Position numbers and translations under genes: made by a program. A DNA stretch of 60,026 nt from the sequence record PV806339.1. The stretch is one strand, 5' to 3'. How positions within the stretch are numbered: position 1 is the first letter of the stretch; each line of letters starts with the position of its first letter. Shown piece by piece: positions 1 to 10,545 of the stretch. Origin of the DNA: a phage. The notes under the pieces were generated by a model. The model was not told the DNA's origin and searched no databases. It was given only the letters and a program-made list of their open reading frames with translations.

Positions 1-288
1 ATGGCCGAGCCGATAATCAGAGAATCGAAGGTCGAAAAGCGCTGCTGCGAATACGCGCAGGGGCGCGGGTGGTGGGTGTCAAAATTCACCTCCCCCGGCA
101 AAAAAGCCGTCCCGGATCGCGTGCTGATCCGTGGCGGCATTGTGCTTTTTATCGAATTCAAACGCCCCGGCGAAGAACCAACGGCGCAGCAGTATCACCG
201 CCACAAGGAAATGCGTAAGGCCGGGGCTAACGTGACATGGGTGGACAATTTTGCAGACTTTAAAAACTACATTATCGCCTTTGAGTAG
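1..288 (+). CDS. VRR-NUC domain nuclease (95 aa)
   Basis: ORF starts at window edge; VRR-NUC-like pattern (VPDRVLI...LFIEFKRPGE...Q..W); immediately upstream of and overlapping SNF2 helicase. Confidence 0.6.
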   Translation: MAEPIIRESKVEKRCCEYAQGRGWWVSKFTSPGKKAVPDRVLIRGGIVLFIEFKRPGEEPTAQQYHRHKEMRKAGANVTWVDNFADFKNYIIAFE

Positions 289-334
289 AGCGCTCGCGTA
301 CTGCCTGCGGACGGTTAAACTGAACCGCAGCGAC

Positions 335-1810
335 ATGCACGACTATCAGGACGAAGGCGTCCAGTTCATCAAAGACCATCCGTACTGCGGCATGTTCGTA
401 GACCTCGGCTTGGGTAAGACTGTCATGACCGGGACGGCCATGCTAGACCTGATCGCGGACGGCGAAATCAACAAAGTCCTCGTCGTCGCGCCGAAGCGAG
501 TGGCCCGTACCGGGTGGCCGACGGAATTCGACGAGTGGGGGCATCTGTGCTTCTACAAGATGTCGATTATCGCCGGAAACGCCAAAGAGCGCGCAGCGGC
601 CGCGAGTAAGGACTGTCACTTCTACACGATCAGCGTGGATAACATCGCGTGGCTATGTGAGCACTTCAAGACGAAATGGCCGTTCGACGCCGTGGTGCTG
701 GACGAGTCGAGCATGTTCAAATCCCACACCTCGCAGCGCTTCAAACTGCTGCGCCGGGTGCGGAAGTACATCAAACGGATCGTCGAGTTGACGGCCACGC
801 CTGCGGCCGAAGGGTACATGGGTATCTTCTCGCAAATTTACCTGCTGGACGAAGGCGAGCGCTTTGGCTCCACCATCGGCGGTTATCAGGAAAACTACTT
901 CACGCAGAACCGCTACAACTTCAAATGGAAACTTCGCCCCGGTGCGGAAGACGAGATTATTCGGAAGATTTCTGATATATGTTTAGTCATGAAAGCGGAA
1001 GACTACCTTGACATGCACGAACCGAATTTCGTTCCTGTCCCGGTCGAGTTAGACGGGGAGACGGCCGAGCGGTACCGCATGATGGAGGAAGAGAGCCTCG
1101 TCGAGATTATGCCGGACGATTTCGATGAACATCTGGATGACCCAATCGTGATCGAAGCGGAGCAGGCCGCGTCTTTGCAGTCGAAGCTATTGCAGATGTG
1201 CTCAGGCTTCATCTACGACACGAAAATCGTTGGCATAACGCAAGACGACAAGGTCATTAAGCAGAAGGACACGTACAGGCTGCACGACCTGAAATTCGAT
1301 GCACTGGAAGAACTACTGGAAACCACGCTGGCCGATAAAAACGTGCTGATCGCCTATCACTTCAAGCCGACCCTCGAACGACTGAAAGAGCGGTTTAAAG
1401 ATCTGGTGGTCATGGATGATGACGGTAAGTGCATCAAGAAGTGGAACGCCGGAAAGATTCGACTGCTGGCCGCGCACCCTCAGTCAGCGGGACACGGTTT
1501 AAACCTCCAGCATGGCGGCCACGTCATCGTCTACATCGACAATCCGTGGTCACTCGAACGCTTCCTGCAATTCAATGGCCGATTGCACCGTCAGGGGCAG
1601 AAGTACCCGGTTACGATCTACCAGTTCAAAGCCATGCTGCGAACACCGAACGGGCTTCTGGCCGAGACGGCGGACGACGTAGTCATACAGGCGCTGGTCG
1701 AAAAGGAAGACGTGCAGGACGCGTTCTTCGAACTGCTCGAACGTATCAAAGGGCGCATCAAACGCCGCAAGAAATCGAAAAATAAAGGGGTATGGGATGA
1801 CGAAGAGTAA
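335..1810 (+). CDS. SNF2-family DNA helicase (alternative start at 251)
   Basis: Q-motif region HDYQDEGVQF, P-loop GLGKT, DESS (DExx) box, C-terminal helicase motif GLNLQHGG; ends ...VWDDEE. Confidence 0.75.
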   Translation: MHDYQDEGVQFIKDHPYCGMFVDLGLGKTVMTGTAMLDLIADGEINKVLVVAPKRVARTGWPTEFDEWGHLCFYKMSIIAGNAKERAAAASKDCHFYTISVDNIAWLCEHFKTKWPFDAVVLDESSMFKSHTSQRFKLLRRVRKYIKRIVELTATPAAEGYMGIFSQIYLLDEGERFGSTIGGYQENYFTQNRYNFKWKLRPGAEDEIIRKISDICLVMKAEDYLDMHEPNFVPVPVELDGETAERYRMMEEESLVEIMPDDFDEHLDDPIVIEAEQAASLQSKLLQMCSGFIYDTKIVGITQDDKVIKQKDTYRLHDLKFDALEELLETTLADKNVLIAYHFKPTLERLKERFKDLVVMDDDGKCIKKWNAGKIRLLAAHPQSAGHGLNLQHGGHVIVYIDNPWSLERFLQFNGRLHRQGQKYPVTIYQFKAMLRTPNGLLAETADDVVIQALVEKEDVQDAFFELLERIKGRIKRRKKSKNKGVWDDEE

Positions 1811-2366
1811 TGCGCCACTGGCAACCCGGAATCGCCGCTCTAATGCGCCGGACGCCGATACCGAAGCGATGATCTTTCAGGGCTGCAACATCACGCAACT
1901 GGCGAAGCTGTTTCGCATGGAGCGCCGGGACATCACGCCGAAAATCATGGATGTCCCGCCTGTCGGCGAGCGTGGCGGGTACCCGATCTACGCGGTTCAC
2001 GAAGTGGCCCCGTACCTCGTTAAGCCGCTGTACGATGTCGAGACGTACCTGCGCCGCATGAATTTCAAGGATCTGCCGAAGGAGTTGTCGAAAGAGTTTT
2101 GGGCCGGGCAGCGTGCAAAGCAGGACTTCGACATCAAAGCGGGAAACCTGTGGGAAACCGAGAAGGTGATCGAGCACTTCGGCGAGGCGGTGAAGGTGCT
2201 GCGCATGTCGATGTTGCTCATTCCCGACACGCTGGCGCGTCAGGCCGGACTCAGCGAGCCGCAACGTCAGGTCATCACGTCATCCATTGACGCCATGCTG
2301 AACGACCTGTCGAGCGCGCTGATCGATAAGTTCAACGGCGACGAGGTGGATGACGATGAAGTTTAA
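1797..2366 (+). CDS. putative terminase small subunit (189 aa)
   Basis: Position directly upstream of and overlapping TerL; N-terminal HTH-like segment ITQLAKLF; C-terminus ...DEVDDDEV; call by synteny only. Confidence 0.45.
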   Translation: MTKSNAPLATRNRRSNAPDADTEAMIFQGCNITQLAKLFRMERRDITPKIMDVPPVGERGGYPIYAVHEVAPYLVKPLYDVETYLRRMNFKDLPKELSKEFWAGQRAKQDFDIKAGNLWETEKVIEHFGEAVKVLRMSMLLIPDTLARQAGLSEPQRQVITSSIDAMLNDLSSALIDKFNGDEVDDDEV

Positions 2367-4431
2367 GAGCATCGGGCAGATTATCAGTTCGGTGGCCGAG
2401 CAGTTACGGCCGCCAATGCGCATGACGGTGGCCGACGCGGCCGCCAAGTATCGCTACGTCAACCAACCCGGCGCATACGTCGGGGATTGGCTTAACTCGA
2501 CGACGCCGTACATGGTCGAGCCGATGAACATGATGAACAGCCGGGCGTACGACAAGATGGCCTTTGTCGGCCCGGCGCAGTCCGGTAAAACCGATGCGCT
2601 GATCCTGAATAGCATTGTCTATTCGGTGAAAGTTGACCCGATGGATCTGATGGTCTACTGCCCGACGTCAACGGCCGCGCGCGACTTCTCGATGCGACGT
2701 GTAGACCGTCTTCACCGCCATAGCCCGAAGGTGGGCGAAATGCTGATGAAGAACCGCGACGCCGACAACAAATTCGACAAACACTACGTCACAGGCATCA
2801 TCCTGACGTTGAGTTATCCGTCAGTAACCGAACTGGCCGGGCGTCCCGTTGGCCGCATCATCATCACCGACTACGACCGTATTGACGACGACATCGGTGG
2901 CGACGGTAACGCCTTCGACCTCGCATCAAAACGTACGACGACCTTCGGGTCGTTTGCCATGTGTGCAGCCGAGTCATCACCATCGCGCCCGATTAAAGAC
3001 CCAAGCTGGATTAAGCGCACGCCCCACGAAGCCCCGCCGTGTGACGGGATTGTCGGCCTGTACAACCGAGGCGACCGCCGCCGCTGGAAATGGCCGTGTC
3101 CGCATTGCGACCAGTATTTCGAAGGTACCTTCCAGCTTTTGAAGTGGAACACGAAAGACGCCGATGGCAACCCTCTAACCAACCTCGAAAAGTCGGAGAC
3201 AGTGCGCATGGCCTGTCCACACTGCGGCTGCGAAATAGACCCGGTTGATAAGTATGAAATGAACCTGTGGGGGATGTGGGTGCCGGAAGGCTGTCATGTC
3301 AACGAGTTGGGCCAACTGGCCGGGGTACCGATGCGCTCGTCGTTCGCGTCCTTCTGGCTTCGCGGAACGGCGGCCGCATTCATCACATGGCAGAAACTGG
3401 TTCTGAACTACCTCGATGCGATGGATGACTACGAGCGTACGATGTCCGAAGAGTCCTTGAAGAAATTCTGGAACAACGACATGGGCGAACCGTACGTGCC
3501 GAAGGCGATCGAGACGGTACGCGTTCCGGAAGCGCTGAAAGCCCGCGCCGAGAAGTGGCCGGAACAGACGGTGCCGAAGAATGTGCGGTTCTTGGCGGCC
3601 ACGGTGGACGTGCAGAAGCATAGCTTTGAAGTGTCGGTGCATGGCGTGGCCCCCGGCTACCCATTCGACACCTACCTGATCGACCGCTTCAACATCACGA
3701 AATCGCGCCGACTCGATGACGATGGCGACCCGAAAATCCTGCACCCGGGCGCGTACCTCGAAGATTGGGATCTCATTGAAACCGAAGTGATGAACAAGAC
3801 GTATCCGCTGTCCGATAATTCGGGCCGTTCGCTGCCGATCAAGATGACCGCGTGCGACTCCGGTGGTGAAGCCGGGGTAACGGGCAACGCGTACGAATTC
3901 TTCCGGAAACTGCGGAAGGAAGGGAAAACCGGGCGCTTCTGTCTGGTGAAGGGCGACCCGAAAGCGAACAACCCGCGCACCCGTGTAGCGCTACCGGACT
4001 CCAACCAGAAAGACAAGAAAGCCATCGCACGCGGCGACGTTCCGGTGCTGATGATTAACTCGAACGTGATGAAAGACAGCCTGAACGGCCGACTGGACGT
4101 CGTGGAGCCGGGCAAAGGCATGTACCACATCCCGGACTGGATGGGCGACGCGGTATTCGCCGAACTGTGTACGGAGACGCGTGACGAGAAAGGCTGGCAC
4201 AACCCATCCCACGCCCGAAACGAAACGTGGGACTTGGCATATTATTTATTGGGAATTTGCGTCAGTGGCCGCGTGCTCGGGATTGAGCAGATAGATTGGG
4301 ATAACCCGCCATCATGGGCGGCCGAGTGGGACGATAACAGCATGGTTATTTTACCGCAGAGCGATGAACCTATTGATGCACCGAAAGATACCGAATACAG
4401 TTTCGAGAAACTCGCAATGGCGTTAGCATAG
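2350..4431 (+). CDS. terminase large subunit, lambda GpA-like (693 aa)
   Basis: Walker A VGPAQSGKT; zinc-finger-like CPHCDQYF...CPHCGCEID; size and position match GpA-family terminases. Confidence 0.85.
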   Translation: MTMKFKSIGQIISSVAEQLRPPMRMTVADAAAKYRYVNQPGAYVGDWLNSTTPYMVEPMNMMNSRAYDKMAFVGPAQSGKTDALILNSIVYSVKVDPMDLMVYCPTSTAARDFSMRRVDRLHRHSPKVGEMLMKNRDADNKFDKHYVTGIILTLSYPSVTELAGRPVGRIIITDYDRIDDDIGGDGNAFDLASKRTTTFGSFAMCAAESSPSRPIKDPSWIKRTPHEAPPCDGIVGLYNRGDRRRWKWPCPHCDQYFEGTFQLLKWNTKDADGNPLTNLEKSETVRMACPHCGCEIDPVDKYEMNLWGMWVPEGCHVNELGQLAGVPMRSSFASFWLRGTAAAFITWQKLVLNYLDAMDDYERTMSEESLKKFWNNDMGEPYVPKAIETVRVPEALKARAEKWPEQTVPKNVRFLAATVDVQKHSFEVSVHGVAPGYPFDTYLIDRFNITKSRRLDDDGDPKILHPGAYLEDWDLIETEVMNKTYPLSDNSGRSLPIKMTACDSGGEAGVTGNAYEFFRKLRKEGKTGRFCLVKGDPKANNPRTRVALPDSNQKDKKAIARGDVPVLMINSNVMKDSLNGRLDVVEPGKGMYHIPDWMGDAVFAELCTETRDEKGWHNPSHARNETWDLAYYLLGICVSGRVLGIEQIDWDNPPSWAAEWDDNSMVILPQSDEPIDAPKDTEYSFEKLAMALA

Positions 4432-4441
4432 GAGAACCACC

Positions 4442-4696
4442 ATGACACCCGAAGAATGCCGCGCGCAATATCGCCTCATGCTCAAAGAAGCGATGGATGC
4501 GTACCACCAATTAAACCTCGGCGGCTCGGTGCGCGTCGTGGTGGATCAGAACAGTGAACGCGTGGAATATACCGCAGCGAACCGACAAAGCCTATGGGCC
4601 TACATCGTTCGACTGCAAAACGCGATTAATTCGGACAACCCTTGCGCGGCCTTCATGGGCCTACCAAGTTCACCAGCAGGATTCTTATTCCCATGA
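4442..4696 (+). CDS. head-to-tail joining protein, lambda gpW-like (84 aa)
   Basis: Small ORF between TerL and portal; sequence pattern resembles lambda W; ends ...PAGFLFP. Confidence 0.6.
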   Translation: MTPEECRAQYRLMLKEAMDAYHQLNLGGSVRVVVDQNSERVEYTAANRQSLWAYIVRLQNAINSDNPCAAFMGLPSSPAGFLFP

Positions 4697-6372
4697 CCGA
4701 GAAAAAGAGAAGCACTACACAACGGGCGAAGAAAGCGGCAAAGACCGCCGACGTCGCTACGTTGGACGCCACGCCGCAGAATCCTTCGGCACTCGGTGGC
4801 GGCTTAGAGGGGGCTGAACGGAACACGCGTGAAATGTTCCGCTGGACGCCTGCCATCATTTCACCAGACCAGCAGATCGCCCAAGACGGTACGCTGGCGC
4901 TTTCGCGTGCGCAGGACATCGTACAGAACGATGGCTACGCATTTGGCGCGGTGGCGATTCACCGTGACAGCGTCGTCGGCTCGCAGTACAAACTCAACTC
5001 GAAACCGAATTCGCTGGTGCTCGGCGCGCCGGAAGGTTGGGCGGATGAATTTCAGGAGGTAGTCGAGGCGCGCTTCAACATGGTGGCCGAGTCTCCTGAA
5101 AACTGGTTCGATGCCCGCCGGATGAACACGCTGACCGGGCTTGTCCGTCTGGCCGTTGGCGGCTTCATCATGACCGGGGAAGTTCTGGCGTCATGCGAGT
5201 GGATGAAGCCGAAGGGAACCCGTATGCAGCGCCGTCCGTTCGGCACTGCGATCCAGATGATTTCGCCGTACCGTCTGTCCAACCCGGACAACATCATGGA
5301 CGACAAGTATCTGCGCTCCGGCGTCAAACTGGATGAAATGGGCGCTCCGATCGGCTACTGGCTGCGTAAAGCGTTCCCGGGCGACCCGACTGACCTCGAA
5401 CAATGGCGATGGGAATACCAGCCCGCTCGCTTCGATTGGGGCCGACGTCGGATGATCCACATCATCGAAGCGCTGCTGCCGGGCCAGACTCGCGGTATCA
5501 GTGAAATGGTCGCAGCGTTGAAGCAGATGAAGATGACCCGAAACTTTCAGGAAGTCACGCTGCAAAACGCCATCGTCAACGCGACCTACGCGGCCGCCAT
5601 CGAATCAGAATTGCCGTCTGACGTGGTCTTCAATCAGATGGGGATGGGACAGACGCCGTTCGGCGACATCCTGAAAACCTACATGGGGAGTCTGGCCGAG
5701 TACATCGCCGGATCGAAAAACATCGCAATCGACGGGGCGAAAATCCCGCACCTGTTCCCCGGTACGAAACTGAAAATGCAGCCCGCAGGAACGCCGGGCG
5801 GAGTCGGAACCGATTATGAAGAATCGTTGCTCAGGAACATCGCCGCATCACTCGGCCTTTCGTACGAGCAGTTCAGCCGCGACTATACGAAAACGAACTA
5901 CTCTTCTGCCCGCGCTTCGATGGCTGAAACGTGGAAGTACATGGAAAGCCGTAAAAAGCTGGTAGCCGACCGTTTCGCGTCGATGATTTATACGTTGTGG
6001 TTGGAAGAAGAGGTTAACGCTGGTAATGTTCCACTGCCGCCGGGCTTCACTTGGCGCGACTTCTACGACCCGATGAAACGTGACGCGCTTTGCAACGCAG
6101 AATGGATCGGCGCGAGTCGCGGCCAGATCGACGAGAAGAAAGAAACCGAAGCCGCTATCCTTCGCATCAAGAATGGCCTGTCAACGTACGAAGCAGAAAT
6201 CGCCCGCCTCGGTGGGGACTTCCGCGAAGTATTCAAACAGCGCGCCCGCGAAGAAGGCATCATCAAAGATTTGGGCCTTGATTTCTCCGGCAAGATGGTC
6301 GAAGGGACGGAGGCAAGCGGTTCAACTGGCAGCACTGGCTCGGACAACAACGAAGAGGATACGAAGGAATGA
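4693..6372 (+). CDS. portal protein, lambda gpB-like
   Basis: About 560 aa ORF; ATGA overlap with W stop; lambda synteny W-B-C-D-E. Confidence 0.8.
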   Translation: MTEKKRSTTQRAKKAAKTADVATLDATPQNPSALGGGLEGAERNTREMFRWTPAIISPDQQIAQDGTLALSRAQDIVQNDGYAFGAVAIHRDSVVGSQYKLNSKPNSLVLGAPEGWADEFQEVVEARFNMVAESPENWFDARRMNTLTGLVRLAVGGFIMTGEVLASCEWMKPKGTRMQRRPFGTAIQMISPYRLSNPDNIMDDKYLRSGVKLDEMGAPIGYWLRKAFPGDPTDLEQWRWEYQPARFDWGRRRMIHIIEALLPGQTRGISEMVAALKQMKMTRNFQEVTLQNAIVNATYAAAIESELPSDVVFNQMGMGQTPFGDILKTYMGSLAEYIAGSKNIAIDGAKIPHLFPGTKLKMQPAGTPGGVGTDYEESLLRNIAASLGLSYEQFSRDYTKTNYSSARASMAETWKYMESRKKLVADRFASMIYTLWLEEEVNAGNVPLPPGFTWRDFYDPMKRDALCNAEWIGASRGQIDEKKETEAAILRIKNGLSTYEAEIARLGGDFREVFKQRAREEGIIKDLGLDFSGKMVEGTEASGSTGSTGSDNNEEDTKE

Positions 6373-7685
6373 GCAACCACGTAAGAGCGAGCGTCTCAAT
6401 GGCGCTCAGTCGAATGAACGGCCAGCCGATCGCCATTCGCGAGAATGACCCGACGCTGCTGACCAACATGCAGCAGATGATGTCCTGCGATGACGAAGAT
6501 TTTCAGGAGCGCGCTGAACAGCAGATGCGCGAAAACCTGTGTGCAGCGTACGGCGTTGGCCGACCGTCTGCGGACAAGCCTTTCGCCTTCTCGAACGGCC
6601 TCGCCATCATCCCGATTCACGGCACCCTGATTAACCGCTATGGCGGGTATTACTACGGCTACGTGACGGGCTACAATTTTATCCGCAGTCAGCGTAATGC
6701 AGCGCTGGCCGACCCAGATGTCGAGGCTATCATCTACGACGTTAACTCGAACGGCGGGGAAGCAGCAGGCTGTTTCGAGCTGTCACAGGAAATGTTTGAT
6801 ACACGCGGCGAGAAACCTTCGCTGGCGGTTGTCGATTCAAACTGCTATTCTGCGGCATATGCGTTGGCGAGCGCAGCGGATAAAATCGTTGTAACGCCGT
6901 CCGGCGGTGCCGGAAGCATCGGTGTTATCGCCCTCCACATCGACATGTCGAAGATGTTGGCGGACATCGGTATCACCGTGAATATCATCAAGTCCGGGGA
7001 GCACAAAGCCGACGGCAACCCGTACGAACCAATGAGCGATGAAGTACGAGCAGACTGGCAAGCGAGCGTAGATTCAATGCGTACCGACTTCGTCAATCTT
7101 GTCGCTCAAAACAGGGATTTAGATCCGAAAGTGGTGCGCGACACCGAAGCGATGTGCTATAACGCTGGTGAAGCGATGTCAATCGGTCTAATTGACGCGG
7201 TATCAACGCCTTCGAAGGCTGTTACCGAATTCCTCAACGGGCCGTCCGATAACAGCCCGGATCACTCAGGAGCGAACGCAATGAGCTTTACGCAAGAAGA
7301 AATGGACGCAGCCCGCGCAGAGGCGGCGACCAACGAACGAACCCGCATTGCCGGGATCATGGGCTGTGATGCAGCGGCTAACCGTACCAAACTGGCAAAC
7401 CACATCGCCTTCAACACGAATATGTCCGTTGAAGACGCGACTGCAATGCTGACCAATTCCGCCGAAGAACCGAAAGCCGCTGTTACGACTACCGTCGTTG
7501 ACGCTGCTGCGCCGGGTAAAACCGGAACCGAAGCGAAGGGTGACAGCCCGTTCGATTCAGTGATGGCAAGCGCGGAACATCCTAACGCTGGTGCCGATGC
7601 AGGCAACGAGCAGGAAGGCGCGAAAGAAACGGCTGGCCTGATGGCGGCAATGACCGCTGTCGCTGGCAACAACATGGCTAAGTAA
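6369..7685 (+). CDS. head maturation protease / scaffold, S49 peptidase, lambda gpC-like (438 aa)
   Basis: Strong resemblance to lambda C: GLAIIPIHGTLINR, SNGGEAAG, GSIGVIALH, IIKSGEHKADGNPY; ATGA overlap with portal. Confidence 0.85.
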   Translation: MSNHVRASVSMALSRMNGQPIAIRENDPTLLTNMQQMMSCDDEDFQERAEQQMRENLCAAYGVGRPSADKPFAFSNGLAIIPIHGTLINRYGGYYYGYVTGYNFIRSQRNAALADPDVEAIIYDVNSNGGEAAGCFELSQEMFDTRGEKPSLAVVDSNCYSAAYALASAADKIVVTPSGGAGSIGVIALHIDMSKMLADIGITVNIIKSGEHKADGNPYEPMSDEVRADWQASVDSMRTDFVNLVAQNRDLDPKVVRDTEAMCYNAGEAMSIGLIDAVSTPSKAVTEFLNGPSDNSPDHSGANAMSFTQEEMDAARAEAATNERTRIAGIMGCDAAANRTKLANHIAFNTNMSVEDATAMLTNSAEEPKAAVTTTVVDAAAPGKTGTEAKGDSPFDSVMASAEHPNAGADAGNEQEGAKETAGLMAAMTAVAGNNMAK

Positions 7686-7699
7686 TAGGGGATCTTCGG

Positions 7700-8119
7700 A
7701 TGAATCTTTTGACTATGATGGCCGCCTCCAGCCTGCCTAACTATCTGGCTGGAAACGGCGACCTCGGCTCTTGGGAGCCAACCCAAATCTTCGCAGGTGA
7801 AGCGGATATTGTGACCGAAGGCGGTGCCGCTGGCGCTGACATCGAGATCTATCAGGTTATCGCGAAGAACGCCGCTGGCGCTATGGTGCCACATGACCCG
7901 ACTGCGACCACTGGCACGTCTCCGGACGAAGTACCAGCACCGCAGTCTGTGGCTATCGGTATCGCAGCGCAGCCCGCGAAGTCCGGCCAGAACGTGCCGT
8001 ACTACATCGGTGGTGTATTCAACCACGCTGCCCTCGGTTGGCACGCGTCGCTTGATACGCTGGCAAAACGTCAGGCGGTCTTCGACCGTACTAACATCCA
8101 CATCGGCAATCTGTACTAA
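7700..8119 (+). CDS. head decoration protein, lambda gpD-like (139 aa)
   Basis: Position between protease and major capsid; D-like pattern. Confidence 0.55.
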   Translation: MNLLTMMAASSLPNYLAGNGDLGSWEPTQIFAGEADIVTEGGAAGADIEIYQVIAKNAAGAMVPHDPTATTGTSPDEVPAPQSVAIGIAAQPAKSGQNVPYYIGGVFNHAALGWHASLDTLAKRQAVFDRTNIHIGNLY

Positions 8120-8131
8120 GGAGCAGCGCAA

Positions 8132-9196
8132 ATGGCTGGACTTTACACTACTTACCAACTGCTCGAAGTACAGCGCAAGCTGAAAACGCTGCCTGCGTTC
8201 TTCCTGCAATGGTTCCCGCGCCAGATTAACTTTCAGGAAGACATGATTGCCTTCGATAAAGTTATTCAGGACGTAACCCGCGTCGCTCCGTTCGTTGCAC
8301 CCAACGTACAGGGCCGCGTGATCAAAGAAAGCGGCTACAACACGAAGACTTTTAAACCTGCCTACGTGAAGCCGAAACATGTCATCGACCCTAACATGAT
8401 CATCCCGCGTCAGCCGGGTGAAGCGTTGGGTACTGGCACCCTGTCTATCGCGCAGCGCCGCGACCGTGTCATCGCATATCTGCTGATGAAACACCGCGCC
8501 ATGCACGAAAATACGTGGGAATGGATGGCGGCGCAGGCTGCGCAATACGGTTACGTTGACGTTCAGGGTCAGGACTACCCGCTGGTGCGTGTAGACTTCG
8601 GCCGTGATGCAGCGCTGACCATGACAACCGACTGGACTGCCAGCGGCGTCACCCTGATGGACATGATTGCTGACCTGCGTGACGGTCAACGTCTGGTGTC
8701 CGATAAGTCCATGTCCGGCACCGTGATCCGCGACTACGTCTTCGGCGGCGACGCTTGGGATCAGTTCGTCAAGGTCGGCGGTAAAGAACTGTGGGGCAAA
8801 GACGGCCTGATGGACTCAACCATCCGTGGGTCTGAAACCAACGTTACCCGCCTGTGGGACGACGTGGAAGGCGTTCAGTACATGGGCGAACTGGTAGGGG
8901 CTAACGGTGCTGGCCGTATGCGTATTTGGGTGAACACTCAGAAATACCGCGACCAGAACGACCAAGAACAGTTCCTGATGAAGCAGAAGGCGGTAATGGG
9001 TATTTCCTCGGCGATCGAGGGCGTACGTTGCTTCGGCGCGATTCTGGACAAAGGTGCGGGCTATCAGGCGCTTGATTACTTCCCGAAAATGTGGGATCAG
9101 GAAGACCCGAGTGTGGAATACCTGATGTCTCAGGGCGCACCACTGATGGTTCCGGCCGACCCGAACGCGTCGTTCCTGCTGACCGTGATGTCCTAA
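8132..9196 (+). CDS. major capsid protein, lambda gpE-like (354 aa)
   Basis: YTTYQLL N-terminus, YVKPKH, C-terminal APLMVPADP pattern as in lambda E. Confidence 0.85.
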   Translation: MAGLYTTYQLLEVQRKLKTLPAFFLQWFPRQINFQEDMIAFDKVIQDVTRVAPFVAPNVQGRVIKESGYNTKTFKPAYVKPKHVIDPNMIIPRQPGEALGTGTLSIAQRRDRVIAYLLMKHRAMHENTWEWMAAQAAQYGYVDVQGQDYPLVRVDFGRDAALTMTTDWTASGVTLMDMIADLRDGQRLVSDKSMSGTVIRDYVFGGDAWDQFVKVGGKELWGKDGLMDSTIRGSETNVTRLWDDVEGVQYMGELVGANGAGRMRIWVNTQKYRDQNDQEQFLMKQKAVMGISSAIEGVRCFGAILDKGAGYQALDYFPKMWDQEDPSVEYLMSQGAPLMVPADPNASFLLTVMS

Positions 9197-9218
9197 TAAC
9201 CCGTAATTCAAACCTACG

Positions 9219-9245
9219 ATCCGCCTGTACCGGGCGGGTCGCTTT
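9219..9245 (+). terminator. possible weak intrinsic terminator after major capsid gene
   Basis: Hairpin CCGCC-tgtaccg-GGCGG followed by gtcgcttt; T-tract is poor. Confidence 0.25.
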
Positions 9246-9257
9246 GAGGAAAGAGCC

Positions 9258-9551
9258 ATGCCAAAACGTAAAGTTCTCCAGACCGTCATCGTTTACCGCG
9301 ACGGCGCGCGTATCAAACCGTCCATCGGCGAGATCTTCGATTTCAAACAAGCCGAACTGGACAGCATCAACAAAATCAACCCGGATGCCATCGGCCGCCC
9401 GGTGATGGAAGTTGACGTTGAAAATCAGGCTGCACAGGAAGCCGCAGCGCAGCAGGCGAAAGCTGACGCGTCCAAAAAAGACGAGAAGGCTGACGGTGCT
9501 AAGAAAAACGCCAAAGACGATAAAAAGTCTGGCGCGGAAGATGAAGTCTAA
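9258..9551 (+). CDS. hypothetical protein in lambda FI position (97 aa), Lys/Ala-rich, ends ...AEDEV
   Basis: ORF after capsid gene; low-complexity KKDEKADGAKKNAKDDKK region; acidic DEV C-terminus. Confidence 0.45.
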   Translation: MPKRKVLQTVIVYRDGARIKPSIGEIFDFKQAELDSINKINPDAIGRPVMEVDVENQAAQEAAAQQAKADASKKDEKADGAKKNAKDDKKSGAEDEV

Positions 9552-9553
9552 TC

Positions 9554-9919
9554 ATGGCTTCTAACTTCGCCGCAATTAAAGCGAAGGCTCGCAGGGACGT
9601 ACATGCGTCCCTGTCTGTCGCTGCTCGCTATGAGAATTATGCGCAGGATGTCATCGTAGACGACATTAGCGTCCGCTGGCACAACAAGATCGCCATCATG
9701 GGCGACTTGGAAAACGGTGGTTACGCTAACGTTATCGAGGGCATCGAGCGCATCATTTTTATGCGTGACGAGTTAAATGCAAAAGGGATCATGCTGTCCG
9801 AAGGCGATAGCATCATCATGACGGCCGAGGGGTACGAGAACGCCCGTTTGGTACTCAAAACGCAGGAACCTATCGTCGGGCCAGTGGAAATCGTCTGGCA
9901 GGTGGCGAGGGCCGACTGA
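9554..9919 (+). CDS. putative head-tail connector/head completion protein (FII position)
   Basis: 121 aa ORF; call by lambda-like gene order only. Confidence 0.35.
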   Translation: MASNFAAIKAKARRDVHASLSVAARYENYAQDVIVDDISVRWHNKIAIMGDLENGGYANVIEGIERIIFMRDELNAKGIMLSEGDSIIMTAEGYENARLVLKTQEPIVGPVEIVWQVARAD

Positions 9920-10545
9920 TGCCTGTTAACGTGTTAGCGATCGGCTCCGACGAGTTGAAAGGGTATCTGGAACAGGTACCGGAAATCGCTAACAATTCGA
10001 TCCGCATGGCGATTAATAGCGTGGCTGCTGGCAAGGGCATGACCCTTATCAAGAAGTCGATGACCGACGAGATTGCCTTCCCAACCGGGTATCTCAACGC
10101 AGACCGCCTCAAGCTGACTAAGCGCGCCACCACATCCAACCTCGAAGCTGTCATTGTCGGCCGTAAGCGCGCCACCAGCCTCGCCCGTTTCGTTACAGGC
10201 GGCGCAATGGTGACGAATAGCAAACGGCCCGGCGGTGTACAGGTGCGGGTGAAGAAGGGCAAGACGACGTACCTGAAAAATGCGTTTCTTGTGCGGCTAA
10301 ACAAAGGCGCGAGCCTCACCGAAGACCAGTATAACGTCGGTCTGGCCGTGCGACTTTCTGCCGGGGAATCCCTGTCCAATAAACGCTCGCAGCACAAATC
10401 ATGGCTCGTACCGGGCCGGGTGGCATTGCTGTACGGGCCGTCCGTGGATCAGGTCTTTGCGGAAGTGTCCGGCACCGTCGCGCCGAAGATTGGCGACATG
10501 GTGGCCGCTGAATTCCATCGTAACTTTGCGAGGCTGTCTAAATGA
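9919..10545 (+). CDS. putative tail completion protein (Z position)
   Basis: 208 aa ORF, start overlaps previous stop; synteny only. Confidence 0.3.
   Translation: MPVNVLAIGSDELKGYLEQVPEIANNSIRMAINSVAAGKGMTLIKKSMTDEIAFPTGYLNADRLKLTKRATTSNLEAVIVGRKRATSLARFVTGGAMVTNSKRPGGVQVRVKKGKTTYLKNAFLVRLNKGASLTEDQYNVGLAVRLSAGESLSNKRSQHKSWLVPGRVALLYGPSVDQVFAEVSGTVAPKIGDMVAAEFHRNFARLSK

Noticed and set aside
7262-8689. 475-aa ORF on the - strand
   Set aside because: Antisense to the well-supported protease, decoration and major capsid genes; long shadow ORFs are expected in GC-rich coding DNA; no RBS or recognisable motifs.
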